The notes under the pieces are model-generated. The model was not told where the DNA came from and ran no database searches. It saw only the letters and a list, made by a program, of their open reading frames with translations. Of a stretch of DNA of 64,000 nt, positions 37,006 to 50,652 are shown in pieces (the stretch's first letter is position 1; every line of letters begins with the position of its first letter). Both the position numbers and the translations under genes were made by a program. This stretch comes from Phoronis australis. Its lineage: Eukaryota; Animalia; Phoronida. Where the stretch lies: the NCBI GenBank assembly GCA_002633005.1, contig NMRA01000707.1:84478-148477 (forward strand). Direction: 5' to 3'.

Positions 37006-38115
37006 CACAGGCGCTTGGGTTTATCGCAAATGACGTCACTCAGTAATATATATAAGAAAACATAAAGGTTGGACACTTAAACTTTGCCAAGCCGAGGCTC
37101 CCAACTTCAACCGTCCAAAATCCAAATAAAATCTGCGTGCACCTCCCTCAGTCTGGTGTTGCATAAACCTTCGAAGCCTTATCTTTCCTAGATCCCATTA
37201 ACTGTCTTCGTGAATGGTGAATTGGAGATGGAATTTCCAAAACAATCTCAAAACTCTGAATTCAAGGACATGAAATAGTAAACATGGCGGATTTCAGTTG
37301 TGCTTCAACTTGTACGCCTGTCGTAGGTGAAACTTCGAGTTTGAGCAAGCAACCTATATTTCAAATTCAATAATTCTAATCCAAAACTCAACTAATTGAG
37401 AATGTTAAAGTTAGTATTTTAATGATTATCTGTAACTTTATTCCACTGACGGCTCATTTTAGCCCTTAACTTTGAATTTTATTACATAAACTGGCGTATC
37501 TTGTTTCTTATCTTGACATCACGCACTTTTTTGATTGAAGCACAACACACACTCGGCCAGGAAACGCAGTCCGTGCAAGTATTACAATGCGCGTGGCCGA
37601 CGAGTTAACTCAATGGTTTTGGCCAAAAGTAAAATCTTCATAAGAAATCACAGTACACAAAAAACTTCGCATATCAATACAGTATCAGGATAATTTATAT
37701 TTGACACAAATATGTGAGTAATTACATTTATTTGGCAATAAAGTGCTCTCTGCCATCTCATGATCAAGTAGTCGATGGATTGACGGCGAAAGCGCGCGAA
37801 ATTAGACTTTCGGATTTAGCTCGGGAGCGTCCGTCTTGTGCGAAGACCGTCTGCCATGACATTACGGAATCACTTCCTTGAATTTGTGATTTTGGCATTC
37901 TTTTGGCATTTTTGTCGCCAAATCACCACTTGAAGGGAATTTGAAGAGATTGAATGAAAGAAAGTATTCTAAGACTTGTTCGGTGCTAGTTTCGTGGAGT
38001 TCCATGCACATTTGAGTAGAAAATTCTGAGCAAACAGATTTTGAGTGTCCAACCTTTATGTTTTCTTATACATATTATTGAGTGACGTCATTTGCGATCA
38101 ACCCAAGCGCCTGTG
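37006..38115. mobile_element. Non-autonomous DNA transposon with ~70-bp TIR and 8-bp TSD (P-element- or hAT-type)
   Basis: ctctgaac|cacaggcgcttgggtt..ggttggacact ... agtgtccaacc..aacccaagcgcctgtg|ctctgaac. Confidence 0.9.
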
Positions 38116-41100
38116 CTCTGAACATTCATCTCAGTTAACTTTGCATATGGAAACGCGCATGTGTGAGTTGTTGATACCTGGCGCCATCTGATGGCAGACT
38201 ACATCATTGTGCAGTGGTCTCGCTCAAATACTGTCTTTACTGAGTCGCACAAGGGTAAAGCAAATGTACCTAGTGTCTGTATTTATAATTATGAGTAACA
38301 AAGCCATGTAGATTGTGTTGTTCAGAATTGTAGTTATTGTAGCTAGTCAGGTATATAAACTTAGGGAAGTTAAAAAAGCAAAAGAGAAAAATTGTCTCCA
38401 ACCAAGAGATACTTCATGTGCAATTGGACAGTGTTCGCTTATAACCTGGAACGGTCAACGACTGGTGAATCTTACAATCACGATGGACTGAAACTCTCCA
38501 TGGAAAAGATGTTTGCATTGGAGCATGTTTCCCTTGCATTAAATTATACATGCAGGGTCAGGGTCCTTACATGTACTGTTAAGCTCTGAGGGCTGGGAAC
38601 AGGACAGGGGGAGGGGTGGCTGGGGGAGGGGTTCATTGATGACTGTGTTAAAATGTTGTTGTAATTCTTTAATCAAGTAAATCTGTTTAATTTGTTATTG
38701 TTGTAAAGCCGTTAGCTAGCTGTTAACCATGACTACATCCAGATAAATTGTAAACTCTCATTTGCTTAGGCGGCTGCCCAGGGGGTCAATGGCTCCAGTA
38801 TTTGATAATCAATTATGGGAAAGTCATCCATCTTTCATCAGAAGCTGCATCCACAGCTAAATGCAGACAAGGAATAAAGGACTGTGACTCATGGAAGACT
38901 GGTGGGCGACTTGGGGGTGACCTGGGGTTGGAATTCGTTGGTCACCGGGGTGAAAAGGTGTCGATGGAATTCTTTAGTGGCATCCTGTTCGAGAAAAATC
39001 TTCCCACACAAATATTTCCACCATTTTTTCAGTACATCAAATACCCCGGGAGCTGTCCAGATACTCCGACATGTATGTGTCAAGGGGTTGCTGAGGTGAG
39101 AGTACGCGCAGCTCACGCGATCTACAATTATTGCCCGAATGAGTCACAGACTTGACCCACGTGCAGGCAATGAATGCATGCGGGATTTTCAAAATCCCAA
39201 TTTTAGGGTTTTTCAACCCCAATAAACTCTCGAGCGTTTTCTTTAGTGTCTTTGGGTTTCCCGTTTCGTGTTGGTTCGTAATGAAACAGAATGCTAGGTA
39301 TGGGAACGTTGAGACCGATTTTGTGAATGTACAACGCCAAATCGTATTTTTTCGTTTTTAGCCGGCTCAACAGTCATGGTGAAATGCATCTTTAAGTGTA
39401 TTTGCACATGTCTGGAAAGGCTTATATCACGCCACGCCTCCACGAACAATGGTTATTCAAGTTACACGTTTGTTATACTGGGGCAAACGGTGTCAGGGTA
39501 TCATTGCAACGTGACTACGGTGCCCGGCTTTGATGTCAGTACAAGGCATTTGGCCTGTGTTTTTGTTTTGCTTATTTTCAAATGCCGGTCGTCTTTCTAC
39601 TGCCTATCATAATTTCGCCAGGACTGCGTTGAGTTAGTTGTATTATGACAGTTACATTGCACTATAGAAAACCATGGCATTGCATTACGAGCAAATTGCT
39701 TCTAACGCGACAACCTTTTACAGTTTGTTTAAAACTCCACCCTCAAAACAGACCGTGCGGTGCATCCGCAAGTAAACAGTGTTAAGTGACGGGGAGTTTT
39801 GACGCGGTTGGACCCCTTTTGTGAATCAGGATTGTTCAATGATAGGAAAACCAATTTCATCAATTTGCGGAAGAAATTGGGTCATCATGTTTGAGCTCAC
39901 CAATTCGCATTCAATGCTATAAGTCAATTTAGCAAGACTACGACGCTTTATCATACTTTGTACGTGCTGAGCTCCAACCGATTTCTGTGCAACAGTTACG
40001 TTTATTAAACGACGCTTGCCATGTGAAAGTCCGATGGGAACGGATTCAGTAATAATAAACACATGTACGTTATTACAGCATATTAGAATCTCACAACTAA
40101 GTACAGGTCCGCTAAAACATGTTTTTGGTACACCGTGGCTGACTGACCATGACTAACTGAGCGATGCCGGACTTGCAACCCATGTTTGCCATCAAATGTG
40201 AGCAAAAGTAAACTTAATTGACTTTTATGTCGGATGAAATTTCTTTTGGTTTCCAACGAATCGAGAAAGTTGAATTACAATGTAAACATATTGGAATACG
40301 TAATACGATTTCTACCTTTTCGTACGCTCGGGTTCAGATTTTGGAATGGTGAAGAGGATAGCACAGTATTAAGCATTTGTAGACATTGTTAGTCCATGTG
40401 TAAGCCTGTGCTGTATTGGATATTGTTTTTATTTGTACATTTTAAATGTCAATAAACTCTTCTTAATGTACTCGGTTGCAAGTAATAAGTTGAGATGCGA
40501 TTTTTATCATCGCAATAGTTTTGTTTTTTGCCACTAATTTTTATCCCTCGCTTAAGATTCTTAACACCGATTTCACAGCATTTTTACGCGGGGCAGATGG
40601 AATTTGGGCAAATCTATAGTATATGTCCCCAATGACGTAGCAAAGTGCAGATACATCAATGCCTGCACACTGCTTAAGAAGGTTCGGCACAAAGCATGCA
40701 ACACATTTGAATATTATTTTTATTTGAAATATTTGTTTTTTCTCAAAATGAAAATATGTCTATAGCATATGGGTCTTTGTTGAATTTTATGAGAAATCTC
40801 AAAATTTGTGTAACATGAAAGCGAAATGGTAATTTAGGAACTTCATAAGAGGGTTTTGAGGTTTTATGTTGTCCGTTTGTTACGAACAAAAGTTGTTGTT
40901 GATATCGTTGTTTGGTTCTGAGGCTACCTTTATTTTTGCTGTATTTTAGTAAAAGGACATGTCCACGTCATCTAAATAGTTGCTGATTTGTATTATTAAT
41001 ACCAATCAGCAACTATTTTGATTAATTAAGTATAAAATCGAACTCAGCAGGCGCTTTACTTTCAGAAAATAAATGAATTTTACGCAGTTAAATTCTATGG

Positions 41101-42058
41101 TTTTTTGACAGTTGTCTGAATGTAGGGACTTGTCGACTTCTGCTCCAGATGTTCTAAGACAGTCGTAGGTCCAGTACTAAACGATGGTTGACAGCACGTC
41201 TCGCGGTTCCGCTGAGCCCCGGTCGGGACATATAGGTTCAGACTTAATTATACGTCACGTGATGTGAAGTAAAATCAACTTCCTTGTCTGGAAACAATTA
41301 AGAAATTGAGACTCTTGTTATCAATTTGTTATTGCTCCATTGATACCACTTTCTACAAGTTGGTTTATAGTCCTTTGTTGGCCTCTTTGCCTGGAGCATG
41401 TTCTCGACTATTTTTCTTCCAGGACTTTACAAACGCTCAAATCACTTCTCATCTGAGTAAGGGACACTTTGAGAGCTATTATGGATCCGGAAGCGGTCTT
41501 AATAAAAAGTTTGGTCTTCATCGTGTTTATTTTTTTTCAATCCGTGAAAGACGGCTTCTGTCTGCATAACAGACAAATGTTTAATTCGAAAAACATTACA
41601 GTAAGCCTGCTGCTGGTATCACTGATCACAACTATTAAAACAACAAAATCCGTTGTTTTTATGATTTTATTACCATTTGCAAATTCTCGCCCTTTGTCAG
41701 GACATTCGTTGATACCAAGGCCGGACGGTGACTTAGCCCACTTTAGCAGTCTTTTATAGAGTTTAACGGGTAAAGTTAAAAATTACGCTGCCGTTTATCA
41801 CGTGGGACTGATTTAGTTCCACTAGTCACCGCTGGGATATCAGATTCGATTACTAGTTGAGGATGATCTAAAAATCGTTTTTTCGCCGACAATGCCCGTT
41901 TTACATGTACGAGACTGGGTTGCCTTCCCGCGTACCGCGGCAACTGTCGAGATCACGCAAGTCTACGCGAGACTTTGTCTTATGCAGTGCACGTAAAGAT
42001 CCGGGGTCTTATTATCTTTCACTCGCGAGTGTCTTGCGTTCCGGAACTGGTCCCAGTT

Positions 42059-42606
42059 TTACAACACGTTATTTTGACATTCATCAATTTTATCCATCCC
42101 CAATACATCCGGGTGGCTGCTCTTCATTTTTATAACAGTCACGTGATGCATTCTATCACTGGCAAATGGATCATCTGCGCTGCACATACAGTCGTCATAC
42201 TTCACGCCACTGCTGTTACTACTCGTTGTGTCCCCGCCTCCACGAACGCAAGAATACATTAACGACAGCTTCTGCTTTTTATCAACAAGAACCGAGGTAC
42301 ATTCTGTTCCTACAGGAGGCGTTCTTGAATTATTAAAGCGATAACTTCTCGGCTGACGTGTTCGGTTTCTCCTTTCTTTGCAACATGACGACGAAATAGT
42401 TCGCCGAAAAGCTTGTCGGAATTTCAGCGACATGATGTTGTATAGAACTGGATTAATCGTCGATGCAACATAGTAAAGAATACCAGACACATAATAGAGA
42501 ACGTCATTAGCCTCTTTGTGATCTTCAAAGATGTTCGTAAAGGTGACGATCAAACGCTGAGCGTGAAAAGGGGCCCAGCAGGCGAAGAAGGCAATGACTA
42601 CTGCAA
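42059..42606 (-). CDS. Last coding exon (TM6-TM7 and C-tail) of a class A neuropeptide GPCR, PRXamide (pyrokinin/CAPA/neuromedin U) receptor family
   Basis: After the acceptor ttttcag: AVVIAFFACWAPFHAQRL...DVLYYVSGILYYVASTINPVLYNIMSLKFRQAF...SCC. CWAPFHAQRL and NPxLYN..S.KFR.AF are family hallmarks. No TM1-5 exon was found before the window end. Confidence 0.9.
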
Positions 42607-42859
42607 CTGAAAAGACAGTAAAGACATCCGGGTATTATGATGTTGTTAACCAGATTTCTCAAAGAATCGGGTAAAGATGGCACATTTTCGAAAGCTAATG
42701 CGACCCGAAAATAACAGACGTTGATGCTGCAAGTTTTGGGAGAGTGATACTGATGCAAATCTTGCCATACAAGTATGCATTAACATGGAAGATACGAAGA
42801 CCCGTCTTCCAAGAAAAACAACCTCTGTTGTATACAGCTTATCAATATAACATTGGTCT

Positions 42860-43290
42860 CAATTATTATTGTTTATTTATTATAGTTACAAAAGAGTGCC
42901 AATAAATACATGATCTTAAATATTTATAGAATATTCACCTCAATGGGCTTACTCAGTCACATAATAACAATTAAACCATAACATAATGCACTCACTCAAC
43001 TTTGTCAACTTCAGACTAGTTCAAGTTATTTTGGAATATCTGAGGTATGGCAGAACCCCATTACCCCGTTAAAAATGAACTTCATCTTCAATTCCGTTTT
43101 TACAAACACGACCAATTCATTCATTCACAGGAATTCCGAAGTACTAACCCTCCTCAATCTCTAATGGTAGAATACCTGCTCTCAATTGAGCTATGGCGGA
43201 CCTCTGAGACATCGGCAGACGTAAATACTCATCTACAGAATAGTCGTTCTTAACAGATCTACATCTATATACGCTGACTGAATTCGATTG
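42860..43290 (-). mobile_element. LINE ORF2 3' fragment, degraded
   Basis: ..KNDYSVDEYLRLPMSQRSAIAQLRAGILPLEIEEG..RVCKNGIEDEVHF (C-terminal zinc-knuckle-like region of non-LTR ORF2), followed by an AATAA-rich tail. Confidence 0.75.
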
Positions 43291-44506
43291 CCTGAGACTA
43301 GGCTCTTCAAGTATGTTGGCTCGTCTCATCGTTACTTATTCGTCGAATTAAGACAGATTTTTGTAAACTCATAAACCAATTAATGGCTTGAGTAACCAAT
43401 AGCGATGAGACCAATTCGTCAAATGGTCAAAATGAAAAGCTAGACGGAACTCGGCTTGTTTGTATTTTAATTAGTTAACGAAAAGATCAGCTCACTGAAT
43501 GTCACGATTTATCATTGTTTTGCTTGGATTTATTAAATTCTGGTCACCAAATGCGTCATAACTCCCCAAGAGGGAGACTAATTTACGGCACCTGTCTGCA
43601 GAATAGAATACTTCTACAATAGGTGTATACTAAGTTGCATACCGTAAGCTCAGGAGACTAGCGATGCACTTGGGTCTCGATATCTCCGCTTCCGGAACGG
43701 AAGCATTCTCCCATAGTTCTACATGCAGTTCTCACCACGCTATCACTTTATTGGTCACATTTATGTTTAGGTACGTTAATAAGATCCCGAACGCATTCGA
43801 ATTTCACTGGCATGATGATTTTTCGTGCGCGATCTGGGTCTTTCGCAAGATTCCTGTGCGTTCGGAACCGATCCTGCAGAGTACTGCGTACTTTACATCA
43901 CCATGACGACTTTGATTTCATTGAACGCGTGATTAACAATTGTGACCCAAAGTATTTAGCTAGGGTCAGATATATGTACCTATACCACGATAAATATCAT
44001 TTTTTTCAAGTTTGATGGAAAGCTGACTCGCTGCACAGAATGCAATATTCTACTAACGATTATCTGGAAAAAATGTATCAGAAAACTTGATGAAGCTTTT
44101 ACCGGCGTCAAAACTGCATGAGCTGGTAAATTAAGCCATACGTCCTGCTTGGTGCTGCGCAAGTCTTTTTGATCCACCTTTGAATCAAACTTCAACTTTC
44201 ACAACAAATTACCAACTGCTGAGTTGGGTGAGGATTTACAAGTCTGTTAGTGAAAGTCAAAGCTACGAACGACATGAGTGATTTTTGAGTACCTAATGAA
44301 AAAAGAATGTTTTAATCATTTGATCCAATTTCTCATTCGGCAGTTTCTTAAGCTTCCAGTAAGATCTACATGTACTTGCAAGAGGCTAGTTGGCATTTTG
44401 TCTCCTACATGCAGCGCCCTCTGGTTAGATATGGGGTCTCTCACTGGTCAACTCCAACACGACTTAAAAGCCTTAAATGTTCTACCGAGGGACTGTAGTT
44501 TGTTTT

Positions 44507-45066
44507 CATGACGGCGACATCCCGTTGCTCCCAACTTGTTCGATTCTATAACCCAACAACAAGTTGGGAAGTTTATCCCCGTAGCCACTATTTTACACGA
44601 CTGATTAACTCCATTCCGGCATTTTTGGTTGGAGGGCCTGCGGTCTTTGTTCGATAATTGCTCTAATCTCCGATCAGATCATATCTGGCCTGACTTGGCT
44701 GGGCTGATTAAGTTAAGTTATAACATATTTGAGCTGAAACCAACAACATTTCTGAATTCCTCCTCATATGCCGATCATGTTCCGTTTTTGAATCACCAAA
44801 ATCGCCCAACTACGACGGACGTTAAGACAATCTATTCTGTCCAAACGGATTACCAACACCGCTCTGGGTTTGACTGTGTTCATACGCGTTGGGTAATAGC
44901 GTGCAACCCCCATACGTTTCCTTTGAAGCCTGGAAGATAATTGGCCTGCTTGTCATCATACGAGACAAAAGACTGAGCTGGCCAGTTAACAAAAGAGCCA
45001 AATGTTATCGCACGTTCAGCACCCCTCACGTCTTGAAAAGTTTCTGAACGACAGAAAGCTGTAATG
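44507..45066 (-). mobile_element. MITE family 1, copy 4 (inverted)
   Basis: Reverse complement of the other copies (catgacggcgacatcccgttgctcccaacttgttcgattctata...). Confidence 0.85.
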
Positions 45067-45633
45067 TCATGTGGGGATCTACAGTTTTGGGGTTCATCAG
45101 CCCGATATGACAAGTTGAGGCCGTGAGTGAAGTACATTCTGTTCCCTTAAAACTAAAGTGGATAAAAACGGGACATACCCTACTGAACGAAAATAGCAAC
45201 TTTGCAGACAGAGGAAGAACACATAGCAATCGCTCCCGCTGTTATTTACGTACGAACACTGACTGAATCGGAGACAGCCTTGTGGTACCGTAATGAGAAA
45301 CATCCGCTATTTCCACCGTTTCGTTTACGAGTTAATGGCTTGAAAGTGGGCACCCAATTGCTCTGGCGTCACGTACATGTTAAGATTCCATTAAGACTTG
45401 AAATAACTCTTTTGTTATAACCTCAGCTTTTACGAGAATACATCTTAAGGTCTGCAAGAATAAGTGACTTCCGGTCAACTGGCGTACAGTACAGAAGTAA
45501 ACCGCGTAATGAGTTTCATTTTAGAAGAAAATTCAAAGGCTTGAGGAAGGAAAGCGAATCGCCTGACCTTGGCATGGAACCAATCACATTAAACCACGAA
45601 TCATTGATTCAAAAGACGAGCCACGGAAATATC

Positions 45634-45637
<4 letters not shown>

Positions 45638-45696
<59 letters not shown>
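45638..45696. repeat. (TA)n microsatellite
   Basis: About 29 uninterrupted TA units. Confidence 0.98.
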
Positions 45697-45703
<7 letters not shown>

Positions 45704-46579
45704 TACATATCACTGGGATTAAACGAACCACCGAGCACGCCCGAAAGTCGCCGATCCAGTAAACGATAAACACGTCACAAACACGAGCAACGGTTTTGGG
45801 GGAAATGAAACACGGTAGCCTTGTCTTATCAAACGTAAAAAACGTACACACACGCCGCCACCGTGACTTGTACTGATATTGAGAAGTACTAGCAGCATTT
45901 GATGGTAAGGCGAATTGAATGAACACTGCCAGAAGTTAATATACAGTGTAGGTCTTTTTGGCTATGGGTCAATATGATATAGAACTGCAGACCTACATGT
46001 ATATCGTAGGTGCTTCTCAAAAGTTCTCTTCTCGAAGTCTTCATGCTAATCTGCTCAGTTGCTATTGTAGCGCGTCGCGGTTTAGTGCGATCTATTTCTG
46101 CGCGAGTATCGGCGAGGAATTTCAATGACCCATTTTTATTACATTGATTGGTTGGAACTTCGAACGGACGGAAAAGTTGCAACGATCGAGCTTAATTACT
46201 TTAGCTTACCAGTCTCCTAAATGTCAATATCGCCGCAAGCAGAGGCTCAAAATCGTTCAGTCGGCCTCAACGCTCTCTTTCCTTCACGTTGGTGAAGGCA
46301 AGTTACTGCTTTCTATACATATACAGTAAGATACGTTATTCTCAGCTGGGACGGCAGCTTTCCTACTGGTTATTGGATCAATCTTGTCTTCCGACAGGCC
46401 TCTGCTTACAAACTCATAGTGACTTTCTGTTAATATCGGATTCTGTTACAGGTGTTACCGTGAATAGAGAAGGAGCAAGTTTCGTCAAATTTTATTGTCA
46501 ACGACGCGAAATCCCTTGGGCTGGGAATGCAAGACCACACCAAATTTCAGACATGAATTATGGACTAAAATGACGCCAG

Positions 46580-46720
46580 AGAGTGTGGCCGCTTACTCGA
46601 GGTCGGGGGTTCGAGTCCTTCTGGGTCACACTGTCAGAACCTCGAGTCAGGTTCCTAGCTCCTCAGCTAAGCATAAAATGGTTCCTGGTGATCAATGCAT
46701 AGGCTCACATGCGTATCCTG
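46580..46720 (+). repeat. Possible tRNA-derived SINE head
   Basis: B-box-like ggggttcgagtcct. Similar heads at ~835 (gggttcgatccc), ~9320-9365 (minus strand) and ~25840. No full cloverleaf. Confidence 0.35.
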
Positions 46721-48489
46721 CGCACGTCTATAGAGCCAGCTTCATGTATATGTTCTTGTACAACAGAGCATATTTGACCTGTCAGACGTGGTACACTGAC
46801 CATGTACGTTCACTAGTTTTAAACTGGTTACAAAGTTCAATCGCTGAACGAAAGAAGAGACGTCTTAAAATGTAAACACGTGTGAAGAATAATATTTTGA
46901 GCTCATTCACTGCACAGCCTTGTTTTACTTTAGCGAACAGATGTCGTGAAACACTGCTCTAATTTGCCTTCTAAAATATGCGGGAGTCTTGCGATAGCAC
47001 GTGCTACCAACATGTTATGTCTTTCCAAACAAAAACACTCATTTGTTTTACTAATTGCAGTTTCATCCTAGCTGGTAATTATGGTAATCACAATATCTCG
47101 TACGCTTGTTTTTGAACGTAATACCGGATGTCACATCAAATGATACCAAACACGAAACATTATTGAGGCGAAATACCGACACAAGTCATTATCGACATTT
47201 TCTTGTTACTAAAATAAAGCAATCTGGTTGTACTCGTAACTAGAAATTTAAGAATTCAACTAGACATTTAATTTTGTTTATTTCAGAGAAAATGAAGTCC
47301 TATTGAAAGACCAACATTTGGGAGGATTTTTTTTAATAAAATGAATTCTCGTTGAAATTCATTATTTGAAGCTTTTGGCAAAATGAAATGCATTGCAACA
47401 AGGTGCATTTAAGATGATATCATCTTGAGGCAAACAACTTTACAGGAAATACGGGGTTCTGGACAAGTACGAGAACCTGTTTACGCCATAGTTGCAAATT
47501 AAGTTACGAGGGATGTCCGGATGAGCTCAGCAAATTGGTTGCATTTTATTGAGACATTTTGTTTCTTTCCATTTCAATTTTGAATCAAATGAATGCTTAG
47601 CCATTCTTTCCGGTAACGAAAAGATCACTGCATGTAAGCCCTCATGCTCGTTCTGTCTCCCGCTAATGCCTCGTTGGAGTCCCACTTGAGTGATAAAACC
47701 AGGATTCAACTAAAAACGCTTAATTACTGAGTCCCGGCGGATTGAATATTTAGGTTCTTGCTGGATAGTCGTTCCTTAGAAAGATCGTGCAAAAGTGGAC
47801 ACGTAGGCCACCCTTGCCCGTTTAGCAGGCTTTGTAGAAATGTCCATATTTGCTCCAAACGTTTGACGGTCAACGATTGCAACAGGGCATTTTGTTCCAT
47901 AGAGCTGGATGGGCGAATCTTTGTTAATATCTGTCAATGGAACGAAACCGAGTTCAGTGTCCTTTTAAGTGATTACTATTTGACCACAATGGCTTGCAGT
48001 TCCCCATACGTGCACATGTAGCTTGTGGGTCCAAACAGTGTATATGTAGCACCTGGCAGTTGTGCATAACTTACTCTACTTCCAACGAAGCGTAATTGGC
48101 TTCAAAGTTGGCATTCCAGAGGCAGTGTACGTACACCTTGCTTGCTAGTGACGAAACCAATGGAAAATAGATCTACAGTACCTGCCTTAATGGCTGTAAC
48201 ATCAGTGATATTTCCAGCTCTGAATATATGTTATACTACTAATGTTATATTTTTTTCAAATATAGTGAAGAAACAAGGGAATATTACTATTTTAAACATT
48301 TCCACTAAATGAAGCAATGCTAGTACAGTAACATAAAAAGGCTGTAGGGGGCGCATAGCAAGTCAGTAATGCTCTCAACACACACCTGCCAAGACCGGGC
48401 AAAGAGGTAGTCATATACGTCCAAACGCCGTCATCTGTTGACACCTACACAGATATGCAGTTTCCAAATTTTCCCAAAGGTCCTGCAGG

Positions 48490-49520
48490 GGGAAATACCG
48501 GTAGGTGTGAAAAAGGCAAACTGCCACAAGGGGGCTCCACAGTAGTCAATCGTAAACCGTGCTATTCCGAGTAGGAACACATTTAGGCCTACCGATTTTC
48601 TTAACGATTCTTAGAGTGGTTTGGCCGATAGCGAGGTGGACGCGAAAACATAATTAAACGCTGCTAATTGGAGGCCTGCACAATGTAAAATCGATGTGAA
48701 AACGAAAAGATGTCATGGCCTCATTAATAGAAACTATTTGCAAAATTTCAAAAAATCCTTCAAGGAACTAAGATGTGGACGCCAAAAATGATAAAACCTG
48801 CCATTAGGTGGCGTGTACTTCGTCAAATCCATCTGAAATCGGAAACAGTTTATCACCTTTTAATATAAATCTCAACATTTTCATAAGATTCCGTCTAGGA
48901 ACTCCAAAGATACAAAGGGAAACGGAAAATATGTCATTAGGAGGCACAGAAATAGTTCGGGCCGTCCAAAAGTCGTCGTAACCTTTTGTCACTTCAATAT
49001 TATTACACTTCCCAAATCTAACAAAGACCCTGAAGAGGGTTTAGTAGACACAGCCATCATGGAGGCAAAAAAAAAACAAAATCGACATCAGAAGGAGCCA
49101 CTGCAGCGGAGCCTTCCGATATCATCGTCAGCCGTTCTTTTCCCACTTGGAACACATATGTCAGTTTTCATAATCACAGTGGTTTGGCCTGTAGAGGGGC
49201 AGACGGTAAGAACAGTAAAATGGCCACTAGGTGGTGCAAAGTACGTCAAATCCATTCGAAAACGCGAAAGTAGCGTTTTTTCCCGATAGATACCTACATG
49301 TATTTGCCAAATTTCACGAAAAGGAACACCTATGATAGGCGTACACTGGAAAACGTAAATAAACTAAAGTGGCCACAAAGGGACACGCCGGTAGCCGGAT
49401 CACGGTCCGAAAAATCGCTCATTCCGTCCAATCCACGATAGAAACATTTCTGAAAAATTGCTTTGGAGACACAGCAGCGGACGCCGGACGGACGGGTAGA
49501 CTGACAGAGAGAGATGACGG
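48490..49520 (-). repeat. Degenerate inverted relative of the 30340-33730 array
   Basis: aaactgccacaagggggctccacagtagtc, aaaatggccactaggtggtgcaaagtacgtcaaatccat and ccggtagccggatc are reverse complements of the array subunits. Confidence 0.75.
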
Positions 49521-50268
49521 CAAAATGCTCCACATTATTTAGCTATATGAGGGCGCTATCGTTTAAATCGGCTTACATATCACGTATCTCGATATAATAA
49601 CCCACAGTTATATGTATCATCACTTACGTTATATAACATATAATGTAATTAACAACAAATTTCAATAAATCACAACAACTAAGCTGTCATTTTCAGTAAT
49701 TGATTGTTAACGGACAAGGATTGAACTTATGGCGCTGAACTGATCTCGTGAGGTTGTTTCATTGGCTGCCGCACAATTCCACGGTCTCGTCGCTTAAATT
49801 GATTGAATGGTAGCACAGAGAATTTAGAGGCAGACCCTACTTTATATCCGACTGATGTCTTTGCAATTGGCTAAATTATCGATTTAATTTTCTGTGTATT
49901 GTTAAGTGACATTTTGGGCCATGTTAAATAAGCTAAAGTCATAAAGTGAAGCTGAACAGTTCATGCTTGACGTCAGTGACGGTGCAGTCTCGTCTACTGC
50001 CCAGTCTCACATGTACATGTAGGTTCCATGCTTGGTTAGCGCGACCACCTACGACCAAGGATTAGTAAGCGTACAACCAGGGATGTTTGTAGAATTACCA
50101 ATGTGCGAATTCTACCCTTTGACAGTGTTCACATTTCGGTATCATAGATCTCAGCTCATGGCCTTGATCGCAAATCATATTTGGTAGACAGGGGCGGATC
50201 CAGGATTTTGAGTTGGGGTAGGGGGGGGTGAGGGCAGGGAAGACATTTGCACCCCCGAGCTGCCAAGC

Positions 50269-50652
50269 TCAAACAGTACATTCTGTTCCTCGAGCAATTC
50301 TTTGGGAAATTACCTTTGACACCCCGAACTCAAAATCTATAATTGAGGGTAGGCACATGTAAGCTTGATCTCCAACTGATTCCAAACTGACCCGGATGCT
50401 TTCCACAAACAGCCAATTCGATAGCAAACGGTGGTAAGCAATCCCACTATGGCAAAATTCAGCTCCCTCTCCGTCTGCAGTGAATGGGACGAGGCCTGAT
50501 TTAACGTGTTTCAGAAGATCTGTTATCGACTTATTAGATTTAGCTAATGTTTCAACTGCTTGCTGGTTTGGGTATTCCATTAAAGTCCCACTAACCAGAT
50601 TAACATAAAGATTTCGGTGAACACTGACTGCTTCATCTTCCTCGGCAGCCAT
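50269..50652 (-). CDS. Orphan ORF (127 aa) in the GPCR intron; possibly a transposon-derived coding exon
   Basis: AAAATGG start context, a ctgcag acceptor ~33 nt upstream and protein-like composition (MAAEEDEAVSVHRNLYVNLVSGTLMEYPNQQ...FCHSGIAYH). The 3' end overlaps a short repeat. No family recognised. Confidence 0.35.
   Translation of the reverse strand: MAAEEDEAVSVHRNLYVNLVSGTLMEYPNQQAVETLAKSNKSITDLLKHVKSGLVPFTADGEGAEFCHSGIAYHRLLSNWLFVESIRVSLESVGDQAYMCLPSIIDFEFGVSKVISQRIARGTECTV

Noticed and set aside
37006-38115. CACAG termini suggesting a RAG/Transib-like element
   Set aside because: The TSD is 8 bp (Transib/ProtoRAG make 5 bp) and there is no RSS heptamer-nonamer.
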